Assembly (NCBI RefSeq): GCF_000315625.1
Contig: NW_005434654.1
Coordinates: 680,632-744,631, forward strand
Length of the DNA: 64,000 bases
Direction of reading: 5' to 3'
Source of the DNA: Guillardia theta CCMP2712
Lineage: Eukaryota; Protista; Cryptophyta
Shown here one piece after another: positions 1 through 13,813 of this stretch. Under the pieces are notes generated by a model that had not been told where the DNA came from, ran no database searches, and was given only the letters and a program-made list of their open reading frames with translations. The translations under genes were made by a program, and so were the position numbers. Every line of letters begins with the position of its first letter. The stretch's first letter is position 1.

Positions 1-80
1 CTTCCGTCTCTGCGTCGATCCCTCTTGGAACGGGTCTGATGACCCGCAGCCGTCTCGTCCTGCCCTACGAGACTGTCTAG

Positions 81-1618
81 CGCTTGCGAGCAACGTGATG
101 CTGCAGGAGTTTGAGAAGATGGCGGAGGAGGAGAAGAGCCTGAAGGAGCTCGACGAGAAGCTCCTCACGTGGCTCCTCCACCAGGACACGCTCAAAGTCA
201 ACAAGGAGGACACAGCCTTGCTTGCGGTCTTGCGATGGGCAGAAGTCTCTCCGCAGGAGCGCGCAGGGGCCTTGACGCTGAGGAGAGCCCTGCTCCCCAT
301 CCGCTTCCCGCAGGTCTCGGAGGAATCGATCGGCCGCGCGTTCTGGAAGCTCTCGACGCTGGTGGGGGCTCGAAACATTGACAGTGAGCTCGAGGCGGTG
401 ATGGCGGCGGCGCATCAGAAAAGGAGAGGAGGAGAAGCCCCATCGCTGTCGAGCAAGGAGAACGTCTCGCAGGGGAAGGGGCAGGCAGGTGGCAAGGGAG
501 GGAAGGGGAAGGAGCAGGTGAAGAAAGAGAACGTCAAGCTGCACGTGAAGCGGAAGGGAGGAAGTAGTGAAAATCTCGTGGTGCTCGTGGGAGGCTGCCG
601 TGAGCCCAAGTTCAACTCTGCGATCCCTCCAGTCTCTGACCTCTTCCTCCTCCTCCGCCTTGCTGTCACAGAGTCCTCCCTTGCCTCCCCCTCCGCTCTG
701 GCTTCCCCCTCTCTGTGGTTCTCTGGCCCTCCTCTCTTAGTGAGCCGCAAGTTCACAGGATGTGCAGCAGCTGGAGGGCGAGTTTGGGTGGCAGGAGGGC
801 AGACGAGCGTCGTCGAGGGAGGGAGGAGGAGGATTGAGCGACTGCGGTCGGTGGAAAGTTTCGCATGCGGGGAGGAGGATGGGACGTCGCCGCTGGTGTC
901 TCGATGGAGGAGCGAGCCAGACATGCTGCAGGCTCGCTCGGGCCTCGCGCTCGCTGCCCTCAACGGGTTTGTATACGCCATCGGAGGGAATGACGGCACC
1001 GAGAGGTTGAGCAGCGGCGAGCGACTGGACGGAAGAGGAGGAGGAGGAGGAGGAGGAGGAGGAGGAGGAGGAGGAGGAGGAGGTCGGTGGATGGCGATCA
1101 AAAGCATGCATGAGGCGAGGAGCAACTTTGCGCTGGTGGCGGTTAAGGAGAAACTCTTCGCCATCGGAGGGTTTGACGGCAAGAAGCGGCTGAGCAGCGT
1201 CGAGGTCTACGACGTGAAGCTCAACGCCTGGCGACAGTGCGCGAGCATGACGTGGCCCAGGGAGGGGCTGGCGGCTGTCGGGGTTGTGAGAGGAGGAGAG
1301 GAGGGCGGGGGGGCGGAGATCCTGGCGATCGGAGGGTTTGACGGGAGCCGGGTGTTGAGGAGCGTGGAGAGATATGTGGTGGAGGAGGACCGATGGGAGA
1401 AGGCGGTGGATCTCAAGATGCCGCGGGCGTTCCTGGGAGCCTTCGGGAGGGGAGGACGAGTCTTCGCGTGTGGAGGTCAAGACGACCAAGGAAACTTTCA
1501 CGACACAGTTGAAATGCTGACCCGCGATGAAAACTCCTCCTCCTCCTCCTCCTGGTCTCTCGTCCCTTCTCTGCTCCTCCCCGAGCCCTGCTGCAGCTTC
1601 GCAACCGGCTGCATCTGA
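81..1618 (+). CDS. BACK/Kelch-repeat protein, last exon (5' part lies upstream of the window)
   Basis: ORF 95..1618 has a BACK-like segment (LLHQDTLKVNKEDTALLAVLRW) and ~6 Kelch repeats (YAIGGNDG, FAIGGFDG, LAIGGFDG, FACGGQD); AG acceptor at 79-80; poly-Gly from (GGA)n. Confidence 0.85.
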
Positions 1619-1961
1619 ACAGCCGCGAGGAGCAGAAGGAAGTTAACAAGCAAACGAGAGCGGAGGGAGGGAGAAGAAGAGGAAGAGAGATTGCTTGAGA
1701 TGAGATGAGTTCTATGTGAAGTAACAACTTTACTGATCGATTTCCTTCTATGAGGCATGTCAGAAAACGAACGAGAAAGTACCAGTGAGAGAAAATGAGA
1801 GACTGAGGTTAGGAGGAGGAGGGGGGAAGGGGACCTGGAGGGTCTTGGACAAATCTTTGAAGGAATCTGTCTCTGTCACGGTGTTTCTCAGACGCTCCAA
1901 ACTCTTGGTCATGCTCTCCGATGGCTGGAAACATTCTTAGCTCTCCTCCTCCTCCTCCTCC

Positions 1962-2061
1962 NNNNNNNNNNNNNNNNNNNNNNNNNNNNNNNNNNNNNNN
2001 NNNNNNNNNNNNNNNNNNNNNNNNNNNNNNNNNNNNNNNNNNNNNNNNNNNNNNNNNNNNN
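1962..2061. other. Assembly gap (100 N)
   Basis: Run of N directly after a (CCT)n tract. Confidence 1.
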
Positions 2062-2379
2062 GTCCAACCTCTTCTGGTCCTGACTTCTTCTCTCTCGTCA
2101 TAAGGAACTTCCCGAGAACGGCAGTAGGAAACAAGGGAGAATACCCAGAGACATAGCTGCTATCGTGTCAAATCCTCTCCTCCCTTGACTCTCCTGCCCC
2201 CCCACTCCTCTTCTCTCCTCATCTGCCTCTTTTCTCCGTCGATTCCTCCTCCCTCCTCCTCCTCCTCTTCCCTTTTTCTCTCTAACTCGACCTACACCCA
2301 CCGTCTTTCTCTCTCTTGCCCCCACCTCCCCCCCCACTTTCTCCTCCGCTCGTTCTCCCGCCCCCTCCCTCCACTTCCT

Positions 2380-3824
2380 ACCCGGCGCTCTGCAGCTGCA
2401 GCTCGTCGTTGGCCCACCCCTGGAGAGTCGCACGAAAATATTCGCAGCCCGGGCCGAGGGGGCCGAGGGCAGCGAAGGGTCTGCGGTCGAAGTAGACGCT
2501 GCTGCCGTCGCAGTACCACTTGCCCTTGGTGAAAGGGTCACCCCCGTACTCCACCAGCCCGTCGTCTGCCGAAGAAAACGCGACCCTGAAGTCTGCAAAG
2601 AGATGGTGATACACTCGCTTCCTCCTCTCTACTGCTCCAACTTCCCTTCCCCTTCCTCTCCCTCCCCTTCCTCTCCCTCCCCTTCCTCTCTCCTCCTCCC
2701 CTTTCTTGCTGCTGCTCCTACCCGACGGAACGTAGTTGCCGGTGAACCAGTTCCCGCTCTTCTCCACCTGCGCAAGATGCTCTTTAGACGAGAGAATGAA
2801 AGAGGAGAAGGGAGGAGGGTATCACTTGAATCCTCCACACTGACTTCTCGAAATCTTCGGCTGCGAACAAGATCGGCTGGCGGCTGCTCGTCACTCTCAG
2901 ACCTCGACAACTCGCTCGCACCTCAGGGCACTCGGGCAGCTCCTCCGACTCGCCTCCTTCGCTCTAGTACCGGTCAGGGGAAGATGAGGGGGGTAAGGAG
3001 GATGAGGAGGATGAGGAGGATGAGGAGGATGAGAAGGATGAGAAGGATGAGGAGGGGGAAGAGGTGGTCACCTCTTGTAGATCTTTTTCCATGGCCTCGA
3101 AGATCTTTTGTTCTCTTCCTCCAAACAGCGCATCCTTGCCTGTCTTGGGCTCTTCGACCGCCTGATCGAGCGCAAGTTACCCCAGTCTTCTTCTCCTCGC
3201 TCACTCACCTCCTCCTCCTCCTCTACCCCCAGACTCTCTCCGATGGCATCCCACGACTAGTCATCAATTACTCAAGCAGGAGGCAGCAGGCACTACCTTA
3301 GTCGCTCCGCTGAGAGCCCTGCCGATGTTCTGCCCCATCGTTTTGGAGTCGGGAATGATCTGAACAAGGAAGGTCAGCAAAGTAGATGAGTGAATGAAGA
3401 GGAGGAGAGGAGGAGAGTAGGTGACAGCATGGTAAGTAGAGGAGGGAGGAGAGGTAAAGCAGGGGAGGAGAGGAAGGGGAGGGAGGGGAGGGAGGGGAGG
3501 GAAGAAAAGGAGGAGAGGTAGAATGGAGGTAGCAAGCAGAGAGGTAGAATGGAGTTAGCAAGCAGATTTCACCGGCTTTTCCTCGTCCTCTGCGTTCAAG
3601 GACAGAATCCTTGTCCTTCGATGGCCAGTGGCTCCAAGACGCCAAAATGTCCCGCCTGCAACTGGAGCAGGAGAAAGCTTGCTGCTGATGAGAGGAGAGA
3701 GAGAGGCAGGGAGCGCGCATGTCCTCGCGCCACTCAGTCCTGCGATGAACGCACTGGCGGAAGTCGCCATGGCCGCTACAAGCGCCGCCATCGCCCAGAC
3801 CCTCACGCCCATCGCGGCCGCCAT
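2380..3824 (-). CDS. Multi-exon hypothetical protein with bipartite plastid-targeting presequence; 3' end uncertain (may run toward the gap)
   Basis: ATG at 3824: MAAAMGVRVWAMAALVAAMATSASA-FIAG (signal peptide + ASAF motif + Ser/Arg-rich transit-like peptide); protein-like exon at ~2380-2600 (FRVAFSSADDGLVEYGGDPFTKGKWYCDG); purine/pyrimidine-tract introns. Confidence 0.6.
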
Positions 3825-3877
3825 GTCACAAGAACTTAGCGAAAATTCTTTAGTCAACAAGACAAAAAAGAAGCGAC

Positions 3878-4068
3878 AGGAGGGGGAGGAGGAGGGCAGG
3901 AGGGGGAGGAGGAGGGCAGGAGGGCAGGAGGAGGGCAGGAGGGCAGGAGGAGGGAGGAGGGCAGGAGGGCAGGAGGAGGGCAGGAGGGCAGGAGGAGCAG
4001 GAGGGCAGGAGGAGGGCAGGAGGAGGGCAGGAGGAGGGCAGGAGGAGGGCAGGAGGGCAGGAGGGCAT
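3878..4068. repeat. GGAGGGCAGGA-type purine-rich microsatellite
   Basis: Degenerate tandem GGAGGGCA/GGA units. Confidence 0.9.
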
Positions 4069-4159
4069 GGAAGAGGCAGAGGGGATAATGAGGAAGTGGG
4101 AGTAAGAAGGAGATGATGAGGGGAGGGAGGGGAGAGATTCTCAGTGCTGATTTTCTTCC

Positions 4160-7100
4160 TCAGGGTTTGTATGTTTCGAGCAAGAGGATGAAGTCTTGGA
4201 GTTTGGCAGCCAAGGCTTGCGCTGGCCTCATCTTGGCCTCCATGGCATTTCTTCCTGTATACGGGACGATGGCCGTCATGCGAGGATACCCCAAGGCCCC
4301 CCTGGTCTACGTGGGGCTGCTGGGGCTGCTGGCTGCTGAAGGAGCCGGTCGCTTTCAACTATTTCCAGTGGAAGACAACGAGGACAAGGAGGAGTGAGAG
4401 GAGGCGCGAAGAGAGGGAGAGGGAGAGGGAACAAGAAGAAAAGAAGAGATTTCAACAACATCTACACGATATCTACAACCCTTCACCATCCCTTGGTCTC
4501 GACATACATCCTCCCCCCTGCGCCCCTCAAGTCCCTCCATTCATCTTCGCTCCACTCAAAGACAGCAGCAAGTCGCGGGAACGATGCTGACCCGCCTCCA
4601 TCATCCCCACACCGTTAAAGGAAAGAGGTGGCTGCTGCTGCAGCAGCGAGCCCAGGGAGCCCTTGAACTGCGAGATGCTGGGGGTGGAGGCGCTGAAGGG
4701 GGACGGAAGCATGGCGTCGATAAGAGCACCTGAGGGCTTGTGAGGCGAGGGAGCAAGAGGATCGATACTCACGTCGAGAGCCGCTCTCCTTGTCTTCCAC
4801 TGACGACAAGAAACTCAAGAGGCTGCCCGACTGACTCGAGACAGGCCCCTTGCCGGGCATCGCCGAGCTCAGGCCCATCACACTGCTGCTAGACTTGTCA
4901 ACAAACCACCAACTAAGGAGGTTCACTGCTCACCTGCTGCCCAGCAAGTTGAGGTCTCCATGGCTGGAGGGAGATTTTCCGAGGAGAGCAGAGAGGTTCG
5001 ACTGCAGCGAGAGCGCGTTCATCCCGTTGTTCATCCCACCCGCACTCGATCCCGACGTCTTCATCCCCCACGCATCTCCCGACATGCCGTTGGCTGTCGT
5101 TGTTCCTCGCAAAGCCGCTGCCGCTCCCCACAGTCTCGACTGGTTTGGGTCCTTCCAAGAATCTTCAGCTTGCGAGCTCAATGCAGGAGCCCCAGGCATG
5201 GTCGACTTGCCGAAGCCGTTTGAGGTCATCATCGAGTATCCGTGGCTGCTGGTTGAGCCTCCAGCCTTGGACCCCACATGTTTGACTGACTGGAACGCCT
5301 GACTGGTAGCGACGGCATTCTTCGACACGTTCTTTGAGTGCGACGAATGCCACGCTGACTGCTTCGGGGTCGTTGGGATTGGTCTCAAAAGACCAGACGA
5401 GGTTGGAATCCATTCGGGCGGCAGTCCGAGGGCTCCCCCAAGGTAACTCACTCGAACTTCTTCTACAGAGCTTCTCATCCTACTCGCTTCGATTCGAACA
5501 GTTCGCCAGTTTCCGTCCTTAAAAGCCTACAAAGGTGATAAGGACAAATTTAACAACGGAATAGGAGTACCTGGATAATGGAACCCACGAAGTACTTGCT
5601 TGAGTTGTTGGTCGACGAGAAGGACACAGAAGTCGGAGGAGCACTGTTATTGAGCACTGAAACTTGAATCTTCGAAGATGGTGATCCATACTGACTGTTG
5701 GGCGTGTGGTGGTGAGGTCCTTGGATAACACTAATGTTCGATGCAGACTTCTTGGTCACAGGGTTTGAACCTGATAACTTAGATGCTTGGTTGATCTTCC
5801 TGATGTGGTTGGACTCTTGCCCCGAGTACGACAGGACAGCATGAGAGCTATGGTCATGGCGATGTGCAGCACGGGCTTCCATCCTTGTGCTTTCATTCAT
5901 CTCTGCGGCTTTGATCGTCAAGTAGTCTGGCTGCTTTGACTTGGCTTCTCCAAACCAATAATTCACAAGATCTTCCTGATGCCTGAGGTATTGCGATTGA
6001 CTCTCGGTCTTCAAGTCTGTTGGTTTCGGCTTCACCAGCAAGCTGTTGGAGCTTAAATGTTTCGGGGTGCCTGCAAAAGTTTGCGCAGGAACATTCAAGC
6101 CATTCAAGTTCGAGAATAGCAGAGATTTGATGGAATGTCCGTCCATATCTGCAGATGACACTGAACCCAAGGCTTCCTTTTCCTTGGATTTTCCTGAGGA
6201 GCCCTTAAAGCGTGAGGGAGAAGCTTTTGAATCCTTGCTGTCAGATTCACTTCCAGAACCGTTGATCTCTCCCCCCTTTTCGCCTAGAGAGATTTAAGTT
6301 TCAGCTACGAGAAATTCGATTCGAAAAGTGACAAATGACGAAATGGTCACCTTCGTCCTCCTCGTTCGAAGCAACATTTCTTCGATGCCTTGCGGAATTT
6401 TTATGCGAAGCAAGAGCTTGCGATGAAGCAAACGCTCTAGAGCATGCCTGTCAATGCATCAAGAATGTGCACGAACCACCCTGCTCTCTTCCAATCACCT
6501 CACACCACAACTCGTTTTCGGAATCTGAATTGGAAGCTTCTTCGTCCTCTGAGCTTTCGCTGGATGATGAAGAAGATGATGAACTCTCAACTTCTGGCCC
6601 CTCATGCGGGCAAAATCTTGCATGAATCAGTTGCATAATTTTCACATAGAAATTTTGTACTTGTTCTGTCTCGCAGCTTTGCGGCTTTTCCGGCCATCAT
6701 GTCGTTTACCCTTTGGAAACGTCGGATCTTGAGCCTGAATGGTGCTCAAGTCTTGGAGAACACTCTGCCACAAAAAATCGCATGAACGGAGCACACAGAG
6801 GTGATGATGAGCACCTTGCGATTGAGGGCTTGAAATCTGTTCGAGAACGACGTGAACCAAGGCCGATAAAGTTTCACAGAACTGTTTTCACACATCATTA
6901 TTGTCAAAATTGTTTCAACAAAATGTTGGGAATACTTGTCTGTCCCTTCTCCAGACTGTCCCGAACTGTACGGAGTTCCCTTATATCCCCACATATTGCT
7001 CTTCTCATCGATTCTGTCTGCCGTCCTTGGAATCGTATGTTTTCTTTCGTGGTCGAGGGATTCAAGCAAAGCTTGCAGCTCATACTGAAAAAAAGCATTC

Positions 7101-8000
7101 TGTTACCATCTTCCTCTTCTACCACAGAAATCTAAGTACTTCGTAAGCGAAATCTTCTTCGTCAGGTCGTCTTCGTCTCTTTCCATTCCTTGCCGGAGGT
7201 GCTGGCGCAATCACCAATGGCCTGCACAATGTTTCACACTCAGTTCATGCCGCTCCTCAATCATAATTGAAAACCTGCATGCCATCCTGCCTTCAGGTCT
7301 ATGACTCTCGCCGGCTTTCTTCTTAGCAGTCATATCTCCTTTTCATCATTCACATGTTTAGAGAGCCAACTTGTTTTCTAGAATTCAACCTGTATTGCTG
7401 ATTTCACTCTCGGAGCTTTCGCGGTCTGCTGGTTGAATTTGATGGTCGGTCTTGTCGCTGCTCAGGTACTTCTTTCCGCTCACGCACGCGTTTCTTGAAT
7501 CTCGCGTCATGGCTCTTGTAGCACGACCTGTGGAGTTTGAGCATCGGAGTATCGGAATATCAATCGATCAATCTACTTGTCACTGCCAGCTCTGCATGCT
7601 CCTGCCTGTCAGCGCTCTTTGGGTTCTTTTCCAGGGCATTTCGACTGGTTCTGCCTGACTTATCTCCGTTCCCTTTCGAGTCAGGTTTTTCCAGCTGGTC
7701 AGCAAAATCAGATTTTTGGAATGACCGTCATTAATCAAGGCTGACATCTTGAGTTCGGCGCGTTCTCTTGACATCTTGTTCTACATCTGAATCAGAGTCT
7801 TGGGCGGAAGGCTCTTCCACCGGATCCCGCTTTCCGCTCTCACTCCTTGAAGAACAGAAACAAATCAGATGATCGACTGAGGAAATCAAAAAGGTAACTG
7901 TTGTTAACACATTTTTTGGCACCTTGCGGCTGCTCCGGCGGGTCGCCGAGGTCTAGTCCTCATGGTTGTGACCAAATTCCGACCTGAAGATATGCATCAG
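4160..8000 (-). CDS. Large multi-exon low-complexity (Ser/Lys/Glu-rich) hypothetical protein; ends approximate
   Basis: Collinear minus-strand ORFs 4527-4772, 4615-4926, 4930-5478, 5550-6170, 6451-6645, 6746-7069, 7580-7922 separated by short intron-sized gaps; no domain recognised. Confidence 0.5.
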
Positions 8001-9635
8001 CGCTTTCTTTGCCCCATACTCAACTCAAATTGAAATAGAATGTCACCGTTGACAACAAAAACCGCTCACAACAACTACACCTACAACTACTACAACGAAA
8101 ATACGTCCAAAATCTGATTGCGCTCTGCTAGGTAGTTGAAAGTGGCTTCAGATTCACCGCTGCTGATACCGATTACGATCCAAACAAAGTACTGGAAAAA
8201 GTGCATTGTTGCATACCAAAAACAGAAAATGTTGCTTTGATTTGGGGATGAGCAAGTCAGGACACAATAGAGTACATTGATTGATTGATTTCTCGGTTGT
8301 TTCTATCACAAGCGTTCGGAGGAGGAAAGCAAGCAGGCCAGGTTTGCTCTTCCAAGGACGTCGCAACCTCGTCATTGGGATCCCTCAGATCAGAACAGTA
8401 GCTTCCCAAAACAGGCGAGGGTCATGCACGCAGGAGGAGAGAGAAGGGATCAGCAGGCAGGGTGGGATGCTACTGACAGGGACTGCAGGAGCTGCAGGAG
8501 CAGGAGCTGCAGGAGCAGGAGCAGCAGCAGGGCGTGAAGGGGGTGAGGGATGCAAGGAGATGGAGCAGGCGGGGGAAGGAGGGAAGGGGAAAGGGGGGCG
8601 AGAGGGGGTGGGGGTTATAGACCGGTGGGGTAGAAAATATGGGGGTCTACTTGTGTTTTAAAATCCTGGTAGGAGGGGTGGGATGTTGTCCGAATAGCGT
8701 GGGTACTCATAGGGGATGGAAGGGGTGGTTAAAGAAGTGAGTGGGTTTTGAGATGGTGATTGTGGGGTACAAGCGATAAGAATCCGCGAGGGTGGGGTAG
8801 TCTCAGTCCCAGTGAAAGGGGGTGGCAAAATGTTCCAGATGGGTAGAGAAGCGAGGGTGGTCACGTAAAGAGGAGGTCGTTGGGAAAAGGGGGTGGTGAG
8901 ATTTGAGGGGGTGGGGTGGATGTTGAAAGGAGCAGTGCGGGCGAACAGATCTTGTAGTTTGAACACTCACAGTTTGAATGATTCGAAAATGATTCAGACG
9001 TTTGAACTGTGATGAGTAAATTTCATTTATAATAAGAACAATTTCTGGAATAAGAGTGGGTTGAAGGAAATTCAGGGTGGAGAGGTAGGGGTTCTTTCTA
9101 GCGTATTGTGTGAAAAAAAAAGGACCCCAGGATTGAACGTGAGTCCTAAATCTGGGTGTGAGGTAGGGTGGGGTACTCAAATTCACAGGGGGTAGGTCCC
9201 CAAATTGAGTCCCACCCCAAAAGCTACTTCCCCGGCCACAATGTTACCACCCTACCCCCCCCGACCCTCCAAGGTTATATGGATCACCCTAGCATACCCA
9301 CCGGTGGGATGAGTGAATACAACCTACCGGTGGTGGGATGGGTTCAAAAAGTCACTCTGTTGGAGGCAATGTCGGGCATCAGGAGGAGGGTGGGGTTGTT
9401 TCTCCAGTAGCATAGGGGGGTGGGGGTGATGCATAAAGAGCTGAACAAAGGGTTAGAGGTGAGAGAGGCTCGAGGGGTGGGGTGGTGAATCTGTGGTAAA
9501 GAGGGGGGGGGGCATTCCATTCAGTAGGGGTGGTTTAAAGGTAGAATGGTGGGGTGGGTATGACACCCGCATTGCTGGGACGTATTGACAGGCGAGGGGT
9601 GGAGGCGAGACCCAGAGAGGGAGGGAGGGGACAGG

Positions 9636-10100
9636 AAGAAAGCATGGCGAGAAGGATCATGGCGAGAAGAAAGCATGGCGAGAAGGATCATGGCGAGAGG
9701 AAAGCATGGCGAGAAGGATCAGGGCGAGAGGAAAGCATGGCGAGAAGGATCATGGCGAGAGGAAAGCATGGCGAGAAGGATCATGGGGAGAAGAAAGCAT
9801 GGGGAGAAGGATCATGGCGAGAAGAAAGCATGGCGAGAAGGATCATGGCGAGAGGAAAGCATGGCGAGAAGGATCATGGCGAGAAGAAAGCATGGCGAGA
9901 AGGATCATGGCGAGAGGAAAGCATGTGGAGAAGGATCACGGCGAGAAGAAAGCATGTGGAGAAGGATCACGGCGAGAAGAAAGCATGGGGAGAAGGATCA
10001 TGGCGAGAAGAAAGCATGGGGAGAAGGATCATGGCGAGAAGAAAGCATGGGGAGAAGGATCATGGCGAGAAGGAAGCATGGGATCAAAGGAGCATGGCAA
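9636..10100. repeat. 31-bp minisatellite (~15 copies) built from related 15+16 nt subunits
   Basis: Unit GAGAAGGATCATGGC-GAGA(A/G)GAAAGCATGGC; explains the three permuted ORFs at 9554-10249. Confidence 0.95.
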
Positions 10101-10364
10101 GGACACGGCATGAGACAATCGTCGATGTCTTGAGTCACTTGTGTATCGGCACTCAACAGGGTTTAGATAAGAGCGCCCAGAGTGAATACAAGGGAGATTC
10201 TCTTGGAAAAAGCACAGAGATGTGGGCAGTACGTTCTGTACAGACTTAAAAGCTCTGAAAATGAAGTAAGAAAGGTCTATCCCAGCTTGTATGCTGCTGG
10301 GACTACCTTGTTTTGTGCTGTGTTCCAAGGAACAATTTGAGCCCTTTGGCAAAATTCAACATAT

Positions 10365-12560
10365 TCACAAAGCCAGGCGATTCAATGTTCCTAGAAGACA
10401 GTCTACTTGCTTAACAGCAAGACTATTCTCTCCGCAGCAAACTTCAAATTGAGAGTGTGCATGGTTGGCACATAGAATCGCTTCGGAAATGAGATTGGAT
10501 TTGTCTGAACAGCTTCCAGACCTGACATATTGTAGCAGCGCTGTGCCGCACGACAAGTACATGGACCCCAGCTGGATGGAGAACAGCCTGCTACCGTCAA
10601 CCTCATGCCACTTCGCTAGAATGTCGGAAGCGACTCGAAGGTACCGGGGACGCATCCTAGACAGGTGCGATCAACCGACATGAGCCTCAGCCGCAGTTTG
10701 CAATCGCAACCTGACATCGCCAAGCGTGAAGCACGAGACAGCCAACGCCATGTTCGCTTGATATCTATCAGCACCCATCAGAAGTTGAAAAACAATGTCA
10801 GAATTCAGATGATCATCAGCACGTTCTTGAACCTCAGAAGGTGATATGGGTGCAATTTTTGTGCTTCTTTCGACTCCAAGAACTTTGAAAGCTTCATCTG
10901 CCTATACAAGACATCACATTGCGTCTTGACGAACCATTGGTACCCATGGGTCGCGTCTTTGTGCATCGTCTCCAGTGCACTTCTGTTGCAAGATCAGATA
11001 AGGCATCCATTCGTGATAACGAGAGAGGAATACGCACTCTAACATCTCCTCCGCTGATTTGTTCAAAGCATTCATTTCCTGAAAGCATGTCAGCTTCCTA
11101 GCCGACTTGTGTGATCATGACATCACCGTGATCGGGTGCCTCCTCTTGCAAGCGTCACATATCACTACCGCTTGACCCTCATCGCCATTCGCGTCAGGCA
11201 AGATCGCAGCCTCGCACTTGTGCCCATCGCAGTCTGGCCATGGATTGCAAACTAATGAATTGAAATATCTTTCTGCTTGCCCAGATCACACACAAATCGG
11301 CAGATGTCGCATATAGTCACCTGGACCCGATGTTCCCGCGCACCATTCGCAAGCACACTGAAAGAAATAACCTTCTCTTATGAGCTTCTGTCGACGCTGT
11401 TAAAGGAATTTCGCCAACAAGGAGAATATTGACCATCCGTGCGGATCGCTGCTGAAAAGGGTCGACGTATGAGTAGAAGATCTATGCGTGCTGACAAGTC
11501 ATTGAACGCTCTAGTCAACAATCAGGTAAGGTAACCTGCTCTCCTTCCTTCAAGTCTCGAGCTGCCCGTACAATAAGCTGGCTTGAAGTGTTCAGTCCAA
11601 AGTCAATAGCATTTGCATGCACCTCTGCTCCTCCCGGCACGAAGGAGTACACAGCATTGTAGTTGCAAGCATGGTTCAACATACAGGCAGAAGGGAAGAT
11701 ACCGAGACCGATGCGCTTGAAGCTGCACGAAGATTGAGTGGACAAGCTGATCACAAGGAAGTCTACCTGCCATTGGTGATGGGATGAGCATTGAACTTGA
11801 TCCGCAGCATTAATCGTGCCACTTCCTGTGGTGTGGGGCTGCCTGGTACCGGTGGGAACCAGGACAGAATAATTCGAGCATCGGAAACTCTATGTTGGAA
11901 TTCAGAAGAATCTTGCAGTTTGCTGTCGTGGCAAAGGAGCTCGGCGATGTTGTCAAAGTGAATTTCATCAAGGGTAGCTTCTGCTTGCAACAGCTTTCTC
12001 GACAAGCTTCGTATCACAAGGCGCACGGTTTCATCATCGGTAAGGAGCCGACCTTTAGATCTTTGCCTTTCGCACAAGACCGAACATTCCAGCGTGTGCT
12101 GAGGTCCAGCTGCTTCGAGGCATGCTTCCTCGCAAAAGAGGGTGGTACATCTCCAGCAACGAGCTCCCCCCCCTCTATCAATGCCCTTCATGCAATGACT
12201 GCAAATATCATTCACATGATCGTCGGCTACAACTGTGCAATAGTTTTCGGATCGCAGAAGAACAGAACCAGCTTGACAGCTCCGCGACAACCTCGCAAAC
12301 CTCCCATACCTGCGGTCGATGTGGAGCTGCAATAATCCACCAGATTCCAAGGAAAGAAGACGTCTTGCTCTTGCGCATGCAGGTATTTCAGGGTCGATCT
12401 CTTCCCGCTCTTGCTCACGCTTGTCACCCTCCCTCGCTTTCTTCTCCTCTGTTCTCCTCTTGCCTGGGCCTTCCAAGAAGCCTCGTCGCATTGCCGCAGC
12501 ACTCCCAACCCAACTCTCACGGTCCGATGAGTCGGGGGCCGGGGCGGCCGGCCGGGCCAC
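10365..12560 (-). CDS. SMYD-family SET-MYND lysine methyltransferase (multi-exon)
   Basis: YGRF..L..GSVLL N-SET, CSHC..CWRC..FC...C...H..EC MYND finger, IKFNAH, GLGIFPSACMLNHAC..N, VRAARDLKEGEQ; helical C-terminus ending at stop 10365. Confidence 0.85.
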
Positions 12561-12658
12561 TGATAACGACCGGGCCCGGACTCACGAGTACGAGGCTACC
12601 GTTGCAAGGAACCTGTGAGTAGAGGAGAGGAGGGGAAGAGACGGGGGTAGAGGAGGCG

Positions 12659-13717
12659 ATGGAGTTCAAGGCTGGTGAGCATGCCGTCACTTCTGCAACC
12701 TTCGCCTACGCAACCCCTAGGAAGCATCCGTAAGTGAGAGGCTCCCGCGATGATCGAGACTGAGAGTGATGGCGATGCAGCTTGTCCTTAGAGCGAACTC
12801 TCTTCATGCGGCAGCCGCGAGAGAGCAGCGCCAAGGTGGCAAGAGCGAAGATGAAGGGCAGACGCTCCTCCAACGAGACTGCCAACTCCAGCCGAACGTT
12901 CTCTATACTTGCCTTCAAGTCACGCCTTGAGGGTGACATAGCAAACACTCTTCAAATACCTCACAGTGCTGTCTTCGTCGAAAGTTTCCTCCCGTGGGCA
13001 GACGACAAGTCTGCCCTGCTTGTTTCTTTCTTTCAGAACCAACAAGTGTCAGGCGATCGAGATAATGAGAAGCTCGCGAGGGACCTCACGGCAAAGATCA
13101 TGCGGCTTGAGCGAGGGCTTGCGCTTGAATGCGGCAAACCTTCAACGGCAGCCGACAAGAGCGCTCTATGCTATGCCACCCATGCCATGATGGTGGAGGA
13201 CTCAAGCCTTGGAGAGCGCGAGGTGAAGGTAAGGATAATCATGTCTGGGGACTACGAGCAGTACCTGTCGTCCTCGTGCCTTCCAGCTTACCAACAAGAC
13301 TACCTTGAGCCACACACTGGAAGAAGACACTCCACCGGGACTTGCCAGGGCCCTCTCGAGCTCAGGGTTGCAGAGACCCAGTCGCCGGTTCTTGAAGGTG
13401 ATCTTAGCGCACAGCAGTATGCTTCGCTTTCCAGCCCTCCTAGGCCTCAGCATGTCCAGCTGGCCTCGGGCAGGACACAGGAGATCTCCAACTTCCCCCG
13501 GCAGAAGCTGCTTCCTCCTTCATCTCGCTGGGGTTTGCGAGGAAGCATCAGCGAGCTGCCGACAAGCTCACGAGCCTACAGCGAGGAGAGCCTGGCCGAC
13601 CTGGAGCCCATGAGACAAGCCATCGCAGCCTCTCGGGCATGTCGCGAGAGAATATGTTCCATGTTAAATAGCTACGGGGTGAAAGTGGAGCTACAAGATC
13701 TTGCCAGCGGGTGTTGA
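12659..13717 (+). CDS. Hypothetical protein, divergent from SMYD gene
   Basis: 311-codon ORF 12782..13717 preceded by ATG 12659 and GT donors; no domain recognised. Confidence 0.5.
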
Positions 13718-13813
13718 CTTTCGCAGCCCTTCATTCACTTATACAGGCACATCAAACTCAACTGAAAGAAAGAAACAACTCCAGCCCTCATTCCCTTCAC
13801 GTTGCTGGAACCT

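Noticed and set aside
2603-4358. Long ORFs 2603-3301 (+) and 3555-4358 (-) as single-exon genes
   Set aside because: They run through purine/pyrimidine microsatellites of introns and intergenic DNA; only parts are plausible exons.
9554-10249. Three overlapping repetitive ORFs
   Set aside because: Product of a stop-free 31-bp minisatellite read in rotating frames.
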